A DNA stretch of 64,000 bases, taken from NCBI GenBank assembly GCA_041747555.1, contig JBGTEY010000009.1:26473-90472 (forward strand). Direction: 5' to 3'. Under the pieces are notes generated by a model. That model was not told the DNA's origin, searched no databases, and was given only the letters and a program-made list of their open reading frames with translations. Positions within the stretch are counted from its first letter, which is position 1. Every line of letters starts with the position of its first letter. Source of the DNA: Patescibacteria group bacterium (GTDB lineage: Bacteria; Patescibacteriota; Microgenomatia; UBA1400; PJMF01). The position numbers were made by a program, and so were the translations under genes. Positions 29,104 through 37,655 of this stretch are shown here, piece by piece.

Positions 29104-30525
29104 ATGTTTACATTAACACCTTTAGTCGCTTCACATATCCAAGACACTTTGTCTGATAAAAATAAGATTTTCGAATGGATTAATGCCTTTGGCTCACCCC
29201 TAAACATTATTTACCCTAGAACTGTCACTGACAATATTACTAAATTTCAGAAAGTCTTTTCATCTCACAAACTTAAGGGTGAAATTTTCTACGCCTACAA
29301 AGCGAATAAGTCAGTAGCTATTCTAAAACAACTTGCAATTTCAAACGGAAAGATTGATGTTGCCTCAGAGAAAGAGCTTCAAAAAGCCCTCTCAGCTGGA
29401 TTTGTAGGACAAAGGATAGAGGCCACAGGTCCTAAAAATGACTCATTTATTAAGCTTGCACTACTTCATGGCGTTACCCTCAATGTCAATAGTCCACAGG
29501 AGCTGGAGACAATTAAGCAGTTAAAGAAGGATCTTGTTGTAACTGACTTCACTCAGATATTTATTAGACTAAAAGAGTTTAAATCGAACAAAATTGACAT
29601 AGTTCAGAAAGATGCGAAGTTCGGTTTTAGCATAGAAGAAGCACAAAAAGCAATTGAAATATTAAAAAACTCTGAGATGTTGGAATTTTATGGATTTTCT
29701 TTTCATCTACCTACAATAAGTGAGCAAGAAAGAGTTGTCGCAATTGAACAGTCTCTTGACCTAACTCTGCAAGCGATTAAAGCCGGATTGAACCCTAAAG
29801 GAATAAACATAGGTGGTGGCTTCAGTGCGAACTTCTTAAAAAACGAGAAAGAATGGCACAACTATATTTCCGCCATTAAAGATTCCCTTATCGACCCCTA
29901 TAAGCCTTCCATGAGCTGGAATCAATCAGGACTTGGATATTGGGCTGAAAGAGGAAAAATACGAGGCTCCGCAAAATTCTCGGACTTCTATCGATCCTCT
30001 GATCAGTTTGAGGAGCTCGATAAGATTCTCAATGCAAAAACTCCAACTTTTAGAAAGATTGACCAATTCCTTCAAGAAAACATGCTGACTTTATTTATAG
30101 AACCAGGCAGATCATCACTTGATCAAGCTGGAGTAACTTTGGCAAAAGTAGTTTCTATAAATAAATCTCTCAAAGGCGAAACAGTAGTCTTTCTTGATAT
30201 GAACAGATCACATATAAATTCCATTGAGCTTGAGTTCATGGCTGACCCAATAGTAATTTCTTCAAAAGAAAAAACTTCAAAACCAGCAACCAATGGGGTT
30301 TTCTTGAGTGGAAACTTATGCTTGCCACATGATTTTATTTGTAGAAGAAAAGTATTTCTCAAAGAGAACTTAGAACCCGGAGATATTTTAGCATTCATAA
30401 ATACCGCAGGTTATTTTATGGACTTTACGGAAAGTGAAACCATTCAACACCCAACGGCTTACAAAATTGCTGTCGATTCATCAACATGGTCACTTGATGA
30501 GAAATATGAACCTAAATTTAATTGA
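29104..30525 (+). CDS. PLP-dependent decarboxylase, fold type III (Orn/DAP/Arg decarboxylase family; SbnH/LysA-like)
   Basis: PLP-lysine motif YAYKAN (similar to YAVKAN) and the two-domain alanine-racemase-like barrel architecture. Confidence 0.65.
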   Translation: MFTLTPLVASHIQDTLSDKNKIFEWINAFGSPLNIIYPRTVTDNITKFQKVFSSHKLKGEIFYAYKANKSVAILKQLAISNGKIDVASEKELQKALSAGFVGQRIEATGPKNDSFIKLALLHGVTLNVNSPQELETIKQLKKDLVVTDFTQIFIRLKEFKSNKIDIVQKDAKFGFSIEEAQKAIEILKNSEMLEFYGFSFHLPTISEQERVVAIEQSLDLTLQAIKAGLNPKGINIGGGFSANFLKNEKEWHNYISAIKDSLIDPYKPSMSWNQSGLGYWAERGKIRGSAKFSDFYRSSDQFEELDKILNAKTPTFRKIDQFLQENMLTLFIEPGRSSLDQAGVTLAKVVSINKSLKGETVVFLDMNRSHINSIELEFMADPIVISSKEKTSKPATNGVFLSGNLCLPHDFICRRKVFLKENLEPGDILAFINTAGYFMDFTESETIQHPTAYKIAVDSSTWSLDEKYEPKFN

Positions 30526-31829
30526 AACCTATGTTAGTTCAATCTATCACCGATTTAATCGGAAACACACCATTATTGAAAATCCCATCACATGTGCATG
30601 GGCTTAAGAATATTGAAGTTTATGCCAAGCTTGAGCTCTTTAACCCTTGGGGATCGGTAAAGGACAGAACCGCATGGGGTATTCTGAAACCTCACTTAGA
30701 CGAACTTAAGAATAAGCTTGTCATCGAAAGCTCTAGTGGAAATACCGCAAAGGCATTACAGATGATCGCTTCCTTGCATGGAAGTAGCCTTAAGACAATC
30801 ACTAACCGCATCAAAGTTCCTGAAGCTAAAGATGTCTTGAAACTAATTGGAGCTCAAATACAAGAACTACCGGGTAAAAGTGATTGCTACGATCCTCACG
30901 ACCCAAATGACCCGATAGTGTATATTCAACAGGAAATCGCCAAGGATCCGGATAAATACATTTATAGTGACCAATACTTCAATGACTTAAATCGCAAAAT
31001 TCACTACGACACTACGGGCAAGGAAATAGTTGATGATCTTGGAAAAGTAGACTACTTCATCGGCGGTCTTGGAACTACTGGCTCTACTCTCGGGGCAGCC
31101 CAAAGAGTAAAAGAACACAACCCTGAACTTATAGCCGTTGGTGTTGTGGCCGAGAAAGAAGACTATATTCCAGGTATTAGAAATCACGATGAAACTCTTG
31201 AAGTAGGCCTGTTTAAGCCAGAATTTTACTCAGAGATCGTAACTGTTAACTCTCATGATTCCTTAGAAGCAATGATGAAGTTGATAAAAGGGGCCGGCCT
31301 TCTTGCAGGCCCAACTACTGGAGCATCGTTTCTTGGTGCATTGCATTATTTAAAGAAAATTGACCACACACTAACTGAAACAAAGAAAGCTGTATTTATA
31401 GCTTGTGACCGAGTTGAATGGTATACCTCATACGTTAGGGAACGAAAACCCGAATGGTTAGGTGAAGCTAATTCTGAAAGCTGGAAGGATAAAGTAACAA
31501 TTGATACAAGTGCCGACATCTCAACGGATGAAATTGTTAAATGGATTGATGACAATCTACCTCTAATTGTTGATTTGAGACAGCCAATTTCATTTAAAAC
31601 AGCTCATATTCCAGACTCAATTAATTTACCTTATGACCATTTGGATTCTATGTTGAACACCACAAATCCATTTTGTACTAAACAGAAGATATTGTTGGTT
31701 TGCCCATTAGGAGAAAAATCTGCTTTAGTAGCAAGTTATCTAAAAACTAAAGATATTGACGCTTATAGTTTAGGAGGAGGCATTAACGCCTGGAGAGATC
31801 AAAATTTATCACTTGAGAGAGATTTATAA
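30522..31829 (+). CDS. CysK/CysM/SbnA-family PLP enzyme (fold type II) fused to a C-terminal rhodanese domain
   Basis: PLP-lysine motif SVKDR, SSGNTAKAL, and GGLGTTGSTLG. C-terminal rhodanese with active-site Cys (LLVCPLGEKSA). Overlaps the upstream gene by 4 nt. Confidence 0.7.
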   Translation: MKPMLVQSITDLIGNTPLLKIPSHVHGLKNIEVYAKLELFNPWGSVKDRTAWGILKPHLDELKNKLVIESSSGNTAKALQMIASLHGSSLKTITNRIKVPEAKDVLKLIGAQIQELPGKSDCYDPHDPNDPIVYIQQEIAKDPDKYIYSDQYFNDLNRKIHYDTTGKEIVDDLGKVDYFIGGLGTTGSTLGAAQRVKEHNPELIAVGVVAEKEDYIPGIRNHDETLEVGLFKPEFYSEIVTVNSHDSLEAMMKLIKGAGLLAGPTTGASFLGALHYLKKIDHTLTETKKAVFIACDRVEWYTSYVRERKPEWLGEANSESWKDKVTIDTSADISTDEIVKWIDDNLPLIVDLRQPISFKTAHIPDSINLPYDHLDSMLNTTNPFCTKQKILLVCPLGEKSALVASYLKTKDIDAYSLGGGINAWRDQNLSLERDL

Positions 31830-33045
31830 TAATATGCTAAACATAAAAAACCAATTCCCATTTTTCACTAATAACCCAGGGGTCACTTATATGGATAGCG
31901 CTGCTACTACTCAGAAGCCACAGTTAGTATTAGATGCACTCACAGACTTTTATACGAGATACAATACTAACGCTGGTCGGTCTTCATACCCAATTGCAAA
32001 CAAACTAACAAAAGAGGTTGAGGAAGTAAGGGAGAAAGTTAGAAAGTTTATTAATGCGAAAGAAAAAGATGAAATTATTTTTACCTCTGGATCGACTGAT
32101 GGCTTCAATAAGGTAGCTTATACCCTAGGACTGCATTACCTTAAAGATGGCGATGAGGTTCTCTATTGTCCCCAAGACCATAAGTCATTTGTCCTTCCTT
32201 GGTTTAACGTTCAGAAACTATTAAAAAAGATAGGAATTACGATTAACCTCGTTCCTTTCAAAGTAAACAAAATGGGAAGTATTGATAGGGACGATTTATT
32301 TTCCAAAGTCACCAATAAAACAAAAATTATTAATACCACACACATTCACAACATTTATGGCGCTGATAGCGATATAAACAAAATCAGAGATTGGTTGGGA
32401 GATAAGGATATACTAATCAATGTAGATGCAACTCAAAGCGTTGGCCATCGGCTTGTTGATGTACAACAACTTGGAGCAGATACTCTCTCTTTCTCAGGTC
32501 ATAAAATGTTTGCAATTCAAGGTGTCGGGGCAACTTTTATTACCAAGAAGATTCACGAATTTATGGAGCCTGTCTTTGTAGGCGGAGGTAATGGAGTTAA
32601 ACTACATGACGGAGAAGTCAAAGTTACCAACTTCTCTCAGGCTTACGAATCTGGTACCCAAAACTATGCTGGTATATTGACGCTTGGAAAAGCCATCGAA
32701 TTTATAGAGCAAATTGGAATTGAAAACATCTATATCCATCTTTCTGAGTTAACTCAATACCTCCTGAAAGAACTGAGGGAGTTGAAGAAAATAGTATTTG
32801 TGTATGGCCCCAATTTTTGGAGTTGTGCTGATGGCGCGGGAATTCTATCATTTAAAGTAGATGGATTATCTGCTAGTGAGGTAGGCTTTATTCTCGCTGA
32901 AAACGGCATTTTAGTAAGAACTGGAGATCACTGTATAAGTAGTCGTGATGAATTTGATGACACAGTGAGAGTGAGTATGCATGTTTATAACACAACAGAA
33001 GATGTTGATAAATTAATTATAATACTCAAGAAAATGTTATCTTAA
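31813..33045 (+). CDS. Cysteine desulfurase / class V aminotransferase (NifS/SufS-like)
   Basis: PLP-lysine motif SFSGHKMF and an aminotransferase class V fold. Confidence 0.7.
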   Translation: MREIYNNMLNIKNQFPFFTNNPGVTYMDSAATTQKPQLVLDALTDFYTRYNTNAGRSSYPIANKLTKEVEEVREKVRKFINAKEKDEIIFTSGSTDGFNKVAYTLGLHYLKDGDEVLYCPQDHKSFVLPWFNVQKLLKKIGITINLVPFKVNKMGSIDRDDLFSKVTNKTKIINTTHIHNIYGADSDINKIRDWLGDKDILINVDATQSVGHRLVDVQQLGADTLSFSGHKMFAIQGVGATFITKKIHEFMEPVFVGGGNGVKLHDGEVKVTNFSQAYESGTQNYAGILTLGKAIEFIEQIGIENIYIHLSELTQYLLKELRELKKIVFVYGPNFWSCADGAGILSFKVDGLSASEVGFILAENGILVRTGDHCISSRDEFDDTVRVSMHVYNTTEDVDKLIIILKKMLS

Positions 33046-33046
33046 A

Positions 33047-33994
33047 ATGACAAAAAGAGTACCAATACTTCTAGTAACTGGCTTTTTAGGAGCTGGGAAG
33101 ACAACGTTCCTTAATTGGCTTATTCATACACACCCTCAACTGAAAGTGTCACTCATTTTGAACGAGTTTGGTGATGTAAAACTTGAAAGCCAGTTTATTA
33201 AACAAGGTTCTGGCGGAGAAGTAACGGAACTTGCTAATGGTTGTATGTGTTGTGTGGCTAAAAGCGATATACCTCGAGTTATTAACTACATTTTAGATAA
33301 TTCACCACAAACTCAATATATTCTGATTGAAGCATCAGGTCTCTCCGACCCAGATCCTATTCATGAAGCATTGCAAAATTCAGAACTTACTAAGCGGATA
33401 CGTTTAGATTCAATTTTGTGCATTGTAGATGCAGTTAACTTTGAGAAAAACAGTAAGGAACATTCAATCGTAATGTCACAAGTTGGGGATGCGGATATTG
33501 TACTTGTCTCCAAAGTAGCTGAAGCTGGAGAAGAAACAGTAGCAAAGATTAAAAATCTGTTAACTGGAATAGGAACTGGAACAAAAGTTCTTGAGTTTAG
33601 CGATGATCTCGATCCACGACTATTTTTGGATCCAGATATAAAAACAGAGGGCGATAAATACGAAAACGAGAATGTTGACACAAAGGAAGAGCATCACCAT
33701 CACACTCACGAACAAATGCAGGAATATTGGTTCAAAAGTGAGAACGACATTGACATTAATAAGCTTCAAGACGTAATGAGATCAGCTCCCATGGGGATTA
33801 TACGAGCCAAGGGATTTGTAAAATCTGGGAGTAACAAATACCTGTTCCAATATGTGGGGACAAAATTAGAATTAGAAGAAAGTAGCTGGCAGATTCTCGA
33901 ATACAAAAGCACAAAACTACTGTTTCTTGGCAAAAACTTTGACGAGAAAGACTGGCAGATTAAACTACAATCTACGGAAATCGTTAATCCTTAA
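33047..33994 (+). CDS. COG0523 (CobW/ZigA/YeiR-like) G3E-family GTPase metallochaperone
   Basis: P-loop (GFLGAGKTT), GCxCC motif (NGCMCCVAK), and a His-rich stretch (EEHHHHTHEQ). Confidence 0.75.
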   Translation: MTKRVPILLVTGFLGAGKTTFLNWLIHTHPQLKVSLILNEFGDVKLESQFIKQGSGGEVTELANGCMCCVAKSDIPRVINYILDNSPQTQYILIEASGLSDPDPIHEALQNSELTKRIRLDSILCIVDAVNFEKNSKEHSIVMSQVGDADIVLVSKVAEAGEETVAKIKNLLTGIGTGTKVLEFSDDLDPRLFLDPDIKTEGDKYENENVDTKEEHHHHTHEQMQEYWFKSENDIDINKLQDVMRSAPMGIIRAKGFVKSGSNKYLFQYVGTKLELEESSWQILEYKSTKLLFLGKNFDEKDWQIKLQSTEIVNP

Positions 33995-34150
33995 GATTTT
34001 TGAGGGTGACACTCAGTGCAATGCTTTCCATTAGGATGCTCACAGGTTTCCTGTTCACAAAGTACCTGAGTAATATCGGGCATTTTTTGTGTTGGTTATA
34101 GTAATCTTGCGACTAGACTTCCTCGCCCCTTCCCGATACCTTGTGTCCTG

Positions 34151-35464
34151 ATGAAAGATAATATCAGGCTAAAATACTGCTTATACGCCCGTAAATCAAG
34201 CGAATCGGACGAACGACAAGCAATGTCCATTGACGGTCAGCTCAAAGAAATGCAGCTTCTTGCCAAGAGAGAGAAGCTCGACATTACGGAAACAATTACA
34301 GAAAGCCACTCTGCCAAAGAATCAGGACAACGACCAGAGTTTAATAATCTTCTCCATGGAGTAATCGAAGGAAGATATAACAGCATCCTCACATGGGCAC
34401 CCGATCGGTTATCTCGAAATGCTGGTGACTTAGGACGAATCGTTGATTTAATGGATCAAGGCAAACTGACTCATATCAAAACTTATTCTCAATCTTTCAC
34501 AGACAATCCAAATGAGAAATTCTTACTGATGATTCTCTGCTCACAAGCAAAGCTGGAGAATGATAATCGAGGCGTCAATGTTAAACGAGGATTACGGAAC
34601 AAATGCCAGATTGGGATTAGACCAGGGGTTGCACCGATCGGCTATCGAAACGTGCTGAAAGTAAATCGCATCTCAACAGTGGAGCTAGATCCTGAACGAG
34701 CACCCGTCATTAAGCAGATATTTCACAAAGTTGCTGATCAAGGGTTCTCTGGTCGAATGGTTAAAAAATGGCTGGACGATATCGGATTCACCACAAAGAG
34801 TGGATGCAAAATGCCACTGAGCAAAATCTATGTCGCCCTCCAAAATGCTTTTTACTACGGCGAATTTCAGTATGGAAACATATGGTACAAAGGCACCTAC
34901 GAGACACTCATCACAAAAGCGTTATTTGAAAGAGTCCAAATCCAACTCCAAGTTGCACCGAGACAATGGAATAAACAACTGTTTCCGTTCAAGAAAATTT
35001 GTATTTGCGGATCATGCGGTGGAAGTGTTACGGCAGAACTCAAATATAGAAGAACCAAAGCAAACATCGTTAACTCACATATTTATTATCACTGTAATCG
35101 AATCAAGAAATATGATTGTCCTGAGCCCTATATTACGGAGCAGGAGTTGATCAAACAACTCATCGGTTATTTACCAAAAATTAAACTCAACACCTCGTAC
35201 TTAATGCAGGAGTTCGAGATAGAAGTGAAACGGTTACAACATTTTAAAGCAACCGTGACTAGTGACTATATACCCCGAGTTGAGATTACTCCTCATAATA
35301 CTGGCGACCAAAATCCCAGAGAATATAACGAAACACATACAGAGATGCTTAAAGAATACCTTCTCCATGTCCTTCAGTTTGGAACTCCAGAGGAACGACT
35401 CAAAATCCTCAAAGGAGTTACTTCAAAATTCAGTCTGAGAGACAGACAACTTAATCTCCAGTAA
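34151..35464 (+). CDS. Large serine recombinase (integrase of the island)
   Basis: N-terminal resolvase/invertase catalytic domain (YARKSSESDERQAMSIDGQL), recombinase domain, and Zn-ribbon Cys cluster (CICGSCGGSV...CNRIKKYDC). It lies about 250 bp from the tRNA-Ser(GCT) 3' end. Confidence 0.8.
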   Translation: MKDNIRLKYCLYARKSSESDERQAMSIDGQLKEMQLLAKREKLDITETITESHSAKESGQRPEFNNLLHGVIEGRYNSILTWAPDRLSRNAGDLGRIVDLMDQGKLTHIKTYSQSFTDNPNEKFLLMILCSQAKLENDNRGVNVKRGLRNKCQIGIRPGVAPIGYRNVLKVNRISTVELDPERAPVIKQIFHKVADQGFSGRMVKKWLDDIGFTTKSGCKMPLSKIYVALQNAFYYGEFQYGNIWYKGTYETLITKALFERVQIQLQVAPRQWNKQLFPFKKICICGSCGGSVTAELKYRRTKANIVNSHIYYHCNRIKKYDCPEPYITEQELIKQLIGYLPKIKLNTSYLMQEFEIEVKRLQHFKATVTSDYIPRVEITPHNTGDQNPREYNETHTEMLKEYLLHVLQFGTPEERLKILKGVTSKFSLRDRQLNLQ

Positions 35465-35715
35465 ATCTGCAAAAAGTACGCAATTTCTTCAAAAGAAAAA
35501 GATTCGAACGAGCGTATTTCATTAAAATAGGGCTAAAAGTAGCTCTTTTCATCAAAAGATTAGAACCGAGCGCAAATGCCTTGAGGGTCATTTAGGCGAT
35601 TTTCAACATTACAGGCTATGTTTGGGATACTTGCGATTTCTCTCGCTTTTTTAGCAAGCCACATCAAACTAATCGAGCATAGTAGATGGGTCTTGGAGCA
35701 ACCGAAGACCTTCTG

Positions 35716-35800
35716 CGGAAGCGGTGGGATTCGAACCCACGAACCGGAAACCCGGTCAAGGTTAGCAACCTTGTGCAATTGGCCACTATGCGACGCTTCC
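35716..35800 (-). tRNA. tRNA-Ser (anticodon GCT), with attR in its 3' end
   Basis: Acceptor GGAAGCG/CGCTTCC. Anticodon stem CAAGG/CCTTG with loop TTGCTAA. Long variable arm CCGG-gttt-CCGG. T-arm GTGGGTTCGAATCCCAC. Discriminator G. Confidence 0.8.
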
Positions 35801-35934
35801 ACGTTTCAAGAATTGCATTATATCAGCTCTCGCAGCGGTTTTTGAAACGGAATCTCCATGACGCATCAAAAAGGTGTGCACACGCATCCAAAAATAGCGT
35901 AAGATAGATATAGTTACATACAATAAAGGTAAAT

Positions 35935-37074
35935 ATGTTTGATCCAACTCTTTCACTAGTATCTAGAGCGCAACCTGGTCTGGCCGCAGAAGAATTAGAA
36001 ACACCAATTGGCGTTGAATCAACACCCCAACCCCCAGACAGTGAGCAACTTTTGGAGCAATCGACACACCTCTATGATATGGCACAAAAATACTGGGATT
36101 CAGTGCTTGGGCGAAAAAGAAGTCCAGAATATGGTTTTAACAGCAAAACCACCCAAGATAGGGAATCTTTATTATTAAGAAAATTTGACATATTAAAGAC
36201 GCCAAGCCCTAACGGTATGGAGATAGACCCAGAAACAGGTGAAGAGGTAGATCGCGACACACTCATTCTTAGTACCCACGAACTCCTCATTGAGCAGATT
36301 CTTTCAGATATGGTTGAAGCCACAAAGCAGCAGGCTGCTATTACTAATGAAATAACTAGACAGCGAGAAAAACTGACAAGTGATGATTTGCAGCATCTAA
36401 AAATAGCTCGTGCTGAACTTTTACAGCTAGCTACTGCCCAATCTGGTTTAGAAAAGTATCTTAGTGCAGCAAAAAAAGGTGTAGAAAACTATGAATTGCA
36501 CGCACATGCAATTGACAAGGATAGTAAATATAACTCGTTCATGAAAAAAATGCTTGGCCTGTATCGGGAGCAAGCAGGAGCTGAATTTGACGAAATGCAA
36601 AGAGACGGCTCTCAGTTGACTGGGACCTTTGGTTGGCAAACTGATGCACTTCTAGGTGGTAGCAAAATCCAAGCATTATATGAAGATATGGATGACCGAA
36701 TTACAAGGTTGGAAGCGGGTGAGCAGAGCGTAGAGGTGATACACACTGATTTGAGCGAGGAGGATCAGGGCGAGGTTGCTGAGGAGGTTCACGATGAAGC
36801 AGCACCTGTTCCTGGTGCGGAAGAAGCACCCGTAGTACCTGCTTCTCAAGCTGAAGTAGAGCCAGCAGTGAGTCCGCAGGAAATATCAGCTGAAATTCTA
36901 GAAGAACGCGCATCTATTTCACAGGAACAAACGTCGGCACCTTTAGACGCTAGTGCACCGAATGAGCGGTTTCATGTAGAGCAAGGCAACCAAGAACTTT
37001 CAGATCCTGAAGTACCAGTGCCACCTGTAGAAGAAGTAGCACCGGACGATCCAAATCACAGACTAGCATCATAA
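35935..37074 (+). CDS. Hypothetical acidic protein
   Basis: ORF only, with an Asp/Glu/Pro-rich C-terminal half. Confidence 0.45.
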   Translation: MFDPTLSLVSRAQPGLAAEELETPIGVESTPQPPDSEQLLEQSTHLYDMAQKYWDSVLGRKRSPEYGFNSKTTQDRESLLLRKFDILKTPSPNGMEIDPETGEEVDRDTLILSTHELLIEQILSDMVEATKQQAAITNEITRQREKLTSDDLQHLKIARAELLQLATAQSGLEKYLSAAKKGVENYELHAHAIDKDSKYNSFMKKMLGLYREQAGAEFDEMQRDGSQLTGTFGWQTDALLGGSKIQALYEDMDDRITRLEAGEQSVEVIHTDLSEEDQGEVAEEVHDEAAPVPGAEEAPVVPASQAEVEPAVSPQEISAEILEERASISQEQTSAPLDASAPNERFHVEQGNQELSDPEVPVPPVEEVAPDDPNHRLAS

Positions 37075-37176
37075 GATTTTTTTATTAATTTCTCTCACTT
37101 CGTCACGCGATCAAGTCAGGGTGAGGAATAGCAATTACATTTCATTTGAATACGCTATAATACGAATCTACCAATT

Positions 37177-37260
37177 GGAGGTGTCGCGTAGTGGTCTATC
37201 GCAAACGCCTGGAAAGCGTTGGCTCCTTGAGCCCCGTGGGTTCGAATCCCACCACCTCCG
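37177..37260 (+). tRNA. tRNA-Ser (anticodon GGA)
   Basis: Acceptor GGAGGTG/CACCTCC. Anticodon stem AACGC/GCGTT with loop CTGGAAA. Long variable arm GGCTC-cttg-GAGCC. T-arm GTGGGTTCGAATCCCAC. Discriminator G. Confidence 0.8.
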
Positions 37261-37424
37261 CATTGATAAAAATTTGGCTTTAGCCAAATATTTATCAATA
37301 TTGCATAGGATGAGAAGTTTATGCCCGATCAAGCGAAATCATTCAGCTTATGGAAATTTGAGCCTGACGAGGGTAAATCCCACCACCTCCGCATTGATAA
37401 AAATTTGGCTTTAGCCAAATATTT
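37245..37424. repeat. 49-bp perfect direct repeat (two copies, 37245..37293 and 37376..37424) spanning the last 15 nt of tRNA-Ser(GGA) plus a downstream hairpin
   Basis: The sequence aatcccaccacctccgcattgataaaaatttggctttagccaaatattt occurs twice, about 82 bp apart, and contains a TTGGCT..AGCCAA hairpin. Confidence 0.7.
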
Positions 37425-37521
37425 TAACAAATCAATGCCTCAAAATACATGCTTATAGTTTGTAATAATAATTCATTCGTGTATACTAAAATTAGTAATA
37501 AGATAGTAAGGGAACACTACT

Positions 37522-37650
37522 ATGTTCGACACAGAAAACCCAACTTTTGCGGTTTCACTTCAAGAGAGTGAAGCACCAATGCCACCCGCAGAAGGTAAAG
37601 AAACATCAGGACCGACAAACCCAGAGTGGGCTGATCCTGATAACGATTAA
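37522..37650 (+). CDS. Graspetide (microviridin-like omega-ester peptide) precursor, 42 aa
   Basis: MFDTENPTFAVSLQESEAPMPPAEGKETSGPTNPEWADPDND. The leader carries PTFAVSL (similar to the PFFARFL recognition motif), and the core is Thr/Ser- and Asp/Glu-rich. The stop lies 5 nt before the ATP-grasp maturase start. The ORF is too short to appear in the ORF track. Confidence 0.55.
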   Translation: MFDTENPTFAVSLQESEAPMPPAEGKETSGPTNPEWADPDND

Positions 37651-37655
37651 GCTAT

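Larger units (their letters stand above)
17976..35732. mobile_element. Integrative element or genomic island (~17.7 kb) inserted into the 3' end of tRNA-Ser(GCT); phage-like, with a metal-regulated cargo operon
   Basis: Flanked by 17-bp direct repeats identical to the tRNA 3' terminus. A large serine recombinase lies beside the intact tRNA. The interior is visibly more AT-rich than the flanks (judged by eye). Contents: an excisionase-like HTH protein, an HNH nuclease, DNA methyltransferases, terminase small and large subunits, SHOCT and XRE proteins, and a Fur-led six-gene operon. Confidence 0.65.

Noticed and set aside
35560-35907. Three overlapping small ORFs (35560..35802 -, 35618..35845 +, 35686..35907 +)
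   Set aside because: They cover tRNA-Ser(GCT) and its att site. The GC-rich tRNA sequence generates spurious open frames.
37294-37375. Possibility that the DNA between the two 49-bp repeat copies is itself a mini-island
   Set aside because: Only about 82 bp separate the copies, which is too short to encode anything. Treated as a scar or tandem duplication, not an element.
37121-37414. 97-aa ORF spanning tRNA-Ser(GGA) and the 49-bp repeats
   Set aside because: It overlaps a confidently folded tRNA and a non-coding direct repeat. Part of its amino-acid sequence recurs only because the DNA repeat is translated twice.
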